From assembly GCA_054661495.1 (NCBI GenBank), contig BAAFSQ010000404.1, positions 1-7,663 of the forward strand: a stretch of 7,663 bases of DNA, in the 5' to 3' direction. This DNA is from Zygophlyctis sp. KS116 (Eukaryota > Fungi > Chytridiomycota). Below the pieces are notes generated by a model. It had not been told where the DNA came from. It was given only the letters and a program-made list of their open reading frames with translations, and did not search any database. The translations under genes and the position numbers were made by a program. This document shows, piece after piece, positions 7,168 to 7,663 of this stretch. The stretch's first letter is position 1. The number at the start of each line of letters is the position of its first letter.

Positions 7168-7597
7168 TGAGCATTAGGAATATAGGCTTCTTATCTTCTC
7201 AATGACGTAATTTTAAATTTTGACCAATCAAATCTCTTTAAATATTCCGAAAGTTGAAAATCGAAAAAAAATGCTTTCAGCGAGAGTTAAACCTAAGACA
7301 TGAGAAATATTTTCCGTCAAATAAGAAGAAATGCCAAATCAGGGAAATTTTGTGTGTTGATCAAAGTTGTCCGATTTAGGACTTTGATAGGTCATTTTAA
7401 AGATCACAAAGAGCTGGAAAACATACTAGAAACTCAGAGATGGCTGCGCTATAGCAGGTTAAACAAGGAAATTTCAACATGACTTCAAATGCATTTATCT
7501 TCTAAAACGCGTTATACGCTTAGAACTCACTACTTTAAAAATAATAAATATATTTTAAATTAGTGTTCCGATAAAAATGTTCATTATTTATCACCTC

Positions 7598-7634
7598 TGG
7601 ACTCTTTTGTCCAAAATGGACGGGCGGCCGTCCA
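7598..7634. repeat. Cluster of inverted TGGAC/GTCCA repeats with a perfect 7-bp GC-rich hairpin
   Basis: TGGAC at 7598, GTCCA at 7609, TGGAC at 7617, GTCCA at 7630. The stem TGGACGG/CCGTCCA with loop GCGG spans 7617-7634. Confidence 0.7.
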
Positions 7635-7663
7635 AACAGGGACTTGGTCATTATACAAAATAT

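Noticed and set aside
7200-7482. 60-aa ORF at 7300-7482 with upstream TGACGT and CCAAT motifs
   Set aside because: It is short with no recognisable family, and such motifs occur often by chance.

Overview
This is an AT-rich eukaryotic window of decayed mobile elements and gene fragments, and I see no intact host gene. 598-~4400 is a damaged Ty3/Gypsy LTR retrotransposon (Gag with CCHC knuckle, protease, RT, the first third of RNase H, integrase with GPY/F motif, PPT and the start of a 3' LTR). It carries one nonsense codon, frameshifts, an internal RNase H deletion and a 9-bp duplication, and has no 5' LTR or PBS. Immediately downstream (4496-5479) is the most interesting object: a Helitron Rep-like segment running into a Ulp1/SENP (C48) SUMO-protease domain. 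That domain reads correctly only if a 27-nt GT-AG mini-intron is spliced out. The rest holds a GCC2/GCC3-type Cys-repeat fragment, a possible PIF/Harbinger transposase remnant, a possible second Helitron remnant on the minus strand at the 5' end, a decayed gene with candidate 29-36 nt introns, and two GC-rich hairpin islands. All family calls come from reading motifs by eye; no database search was run.
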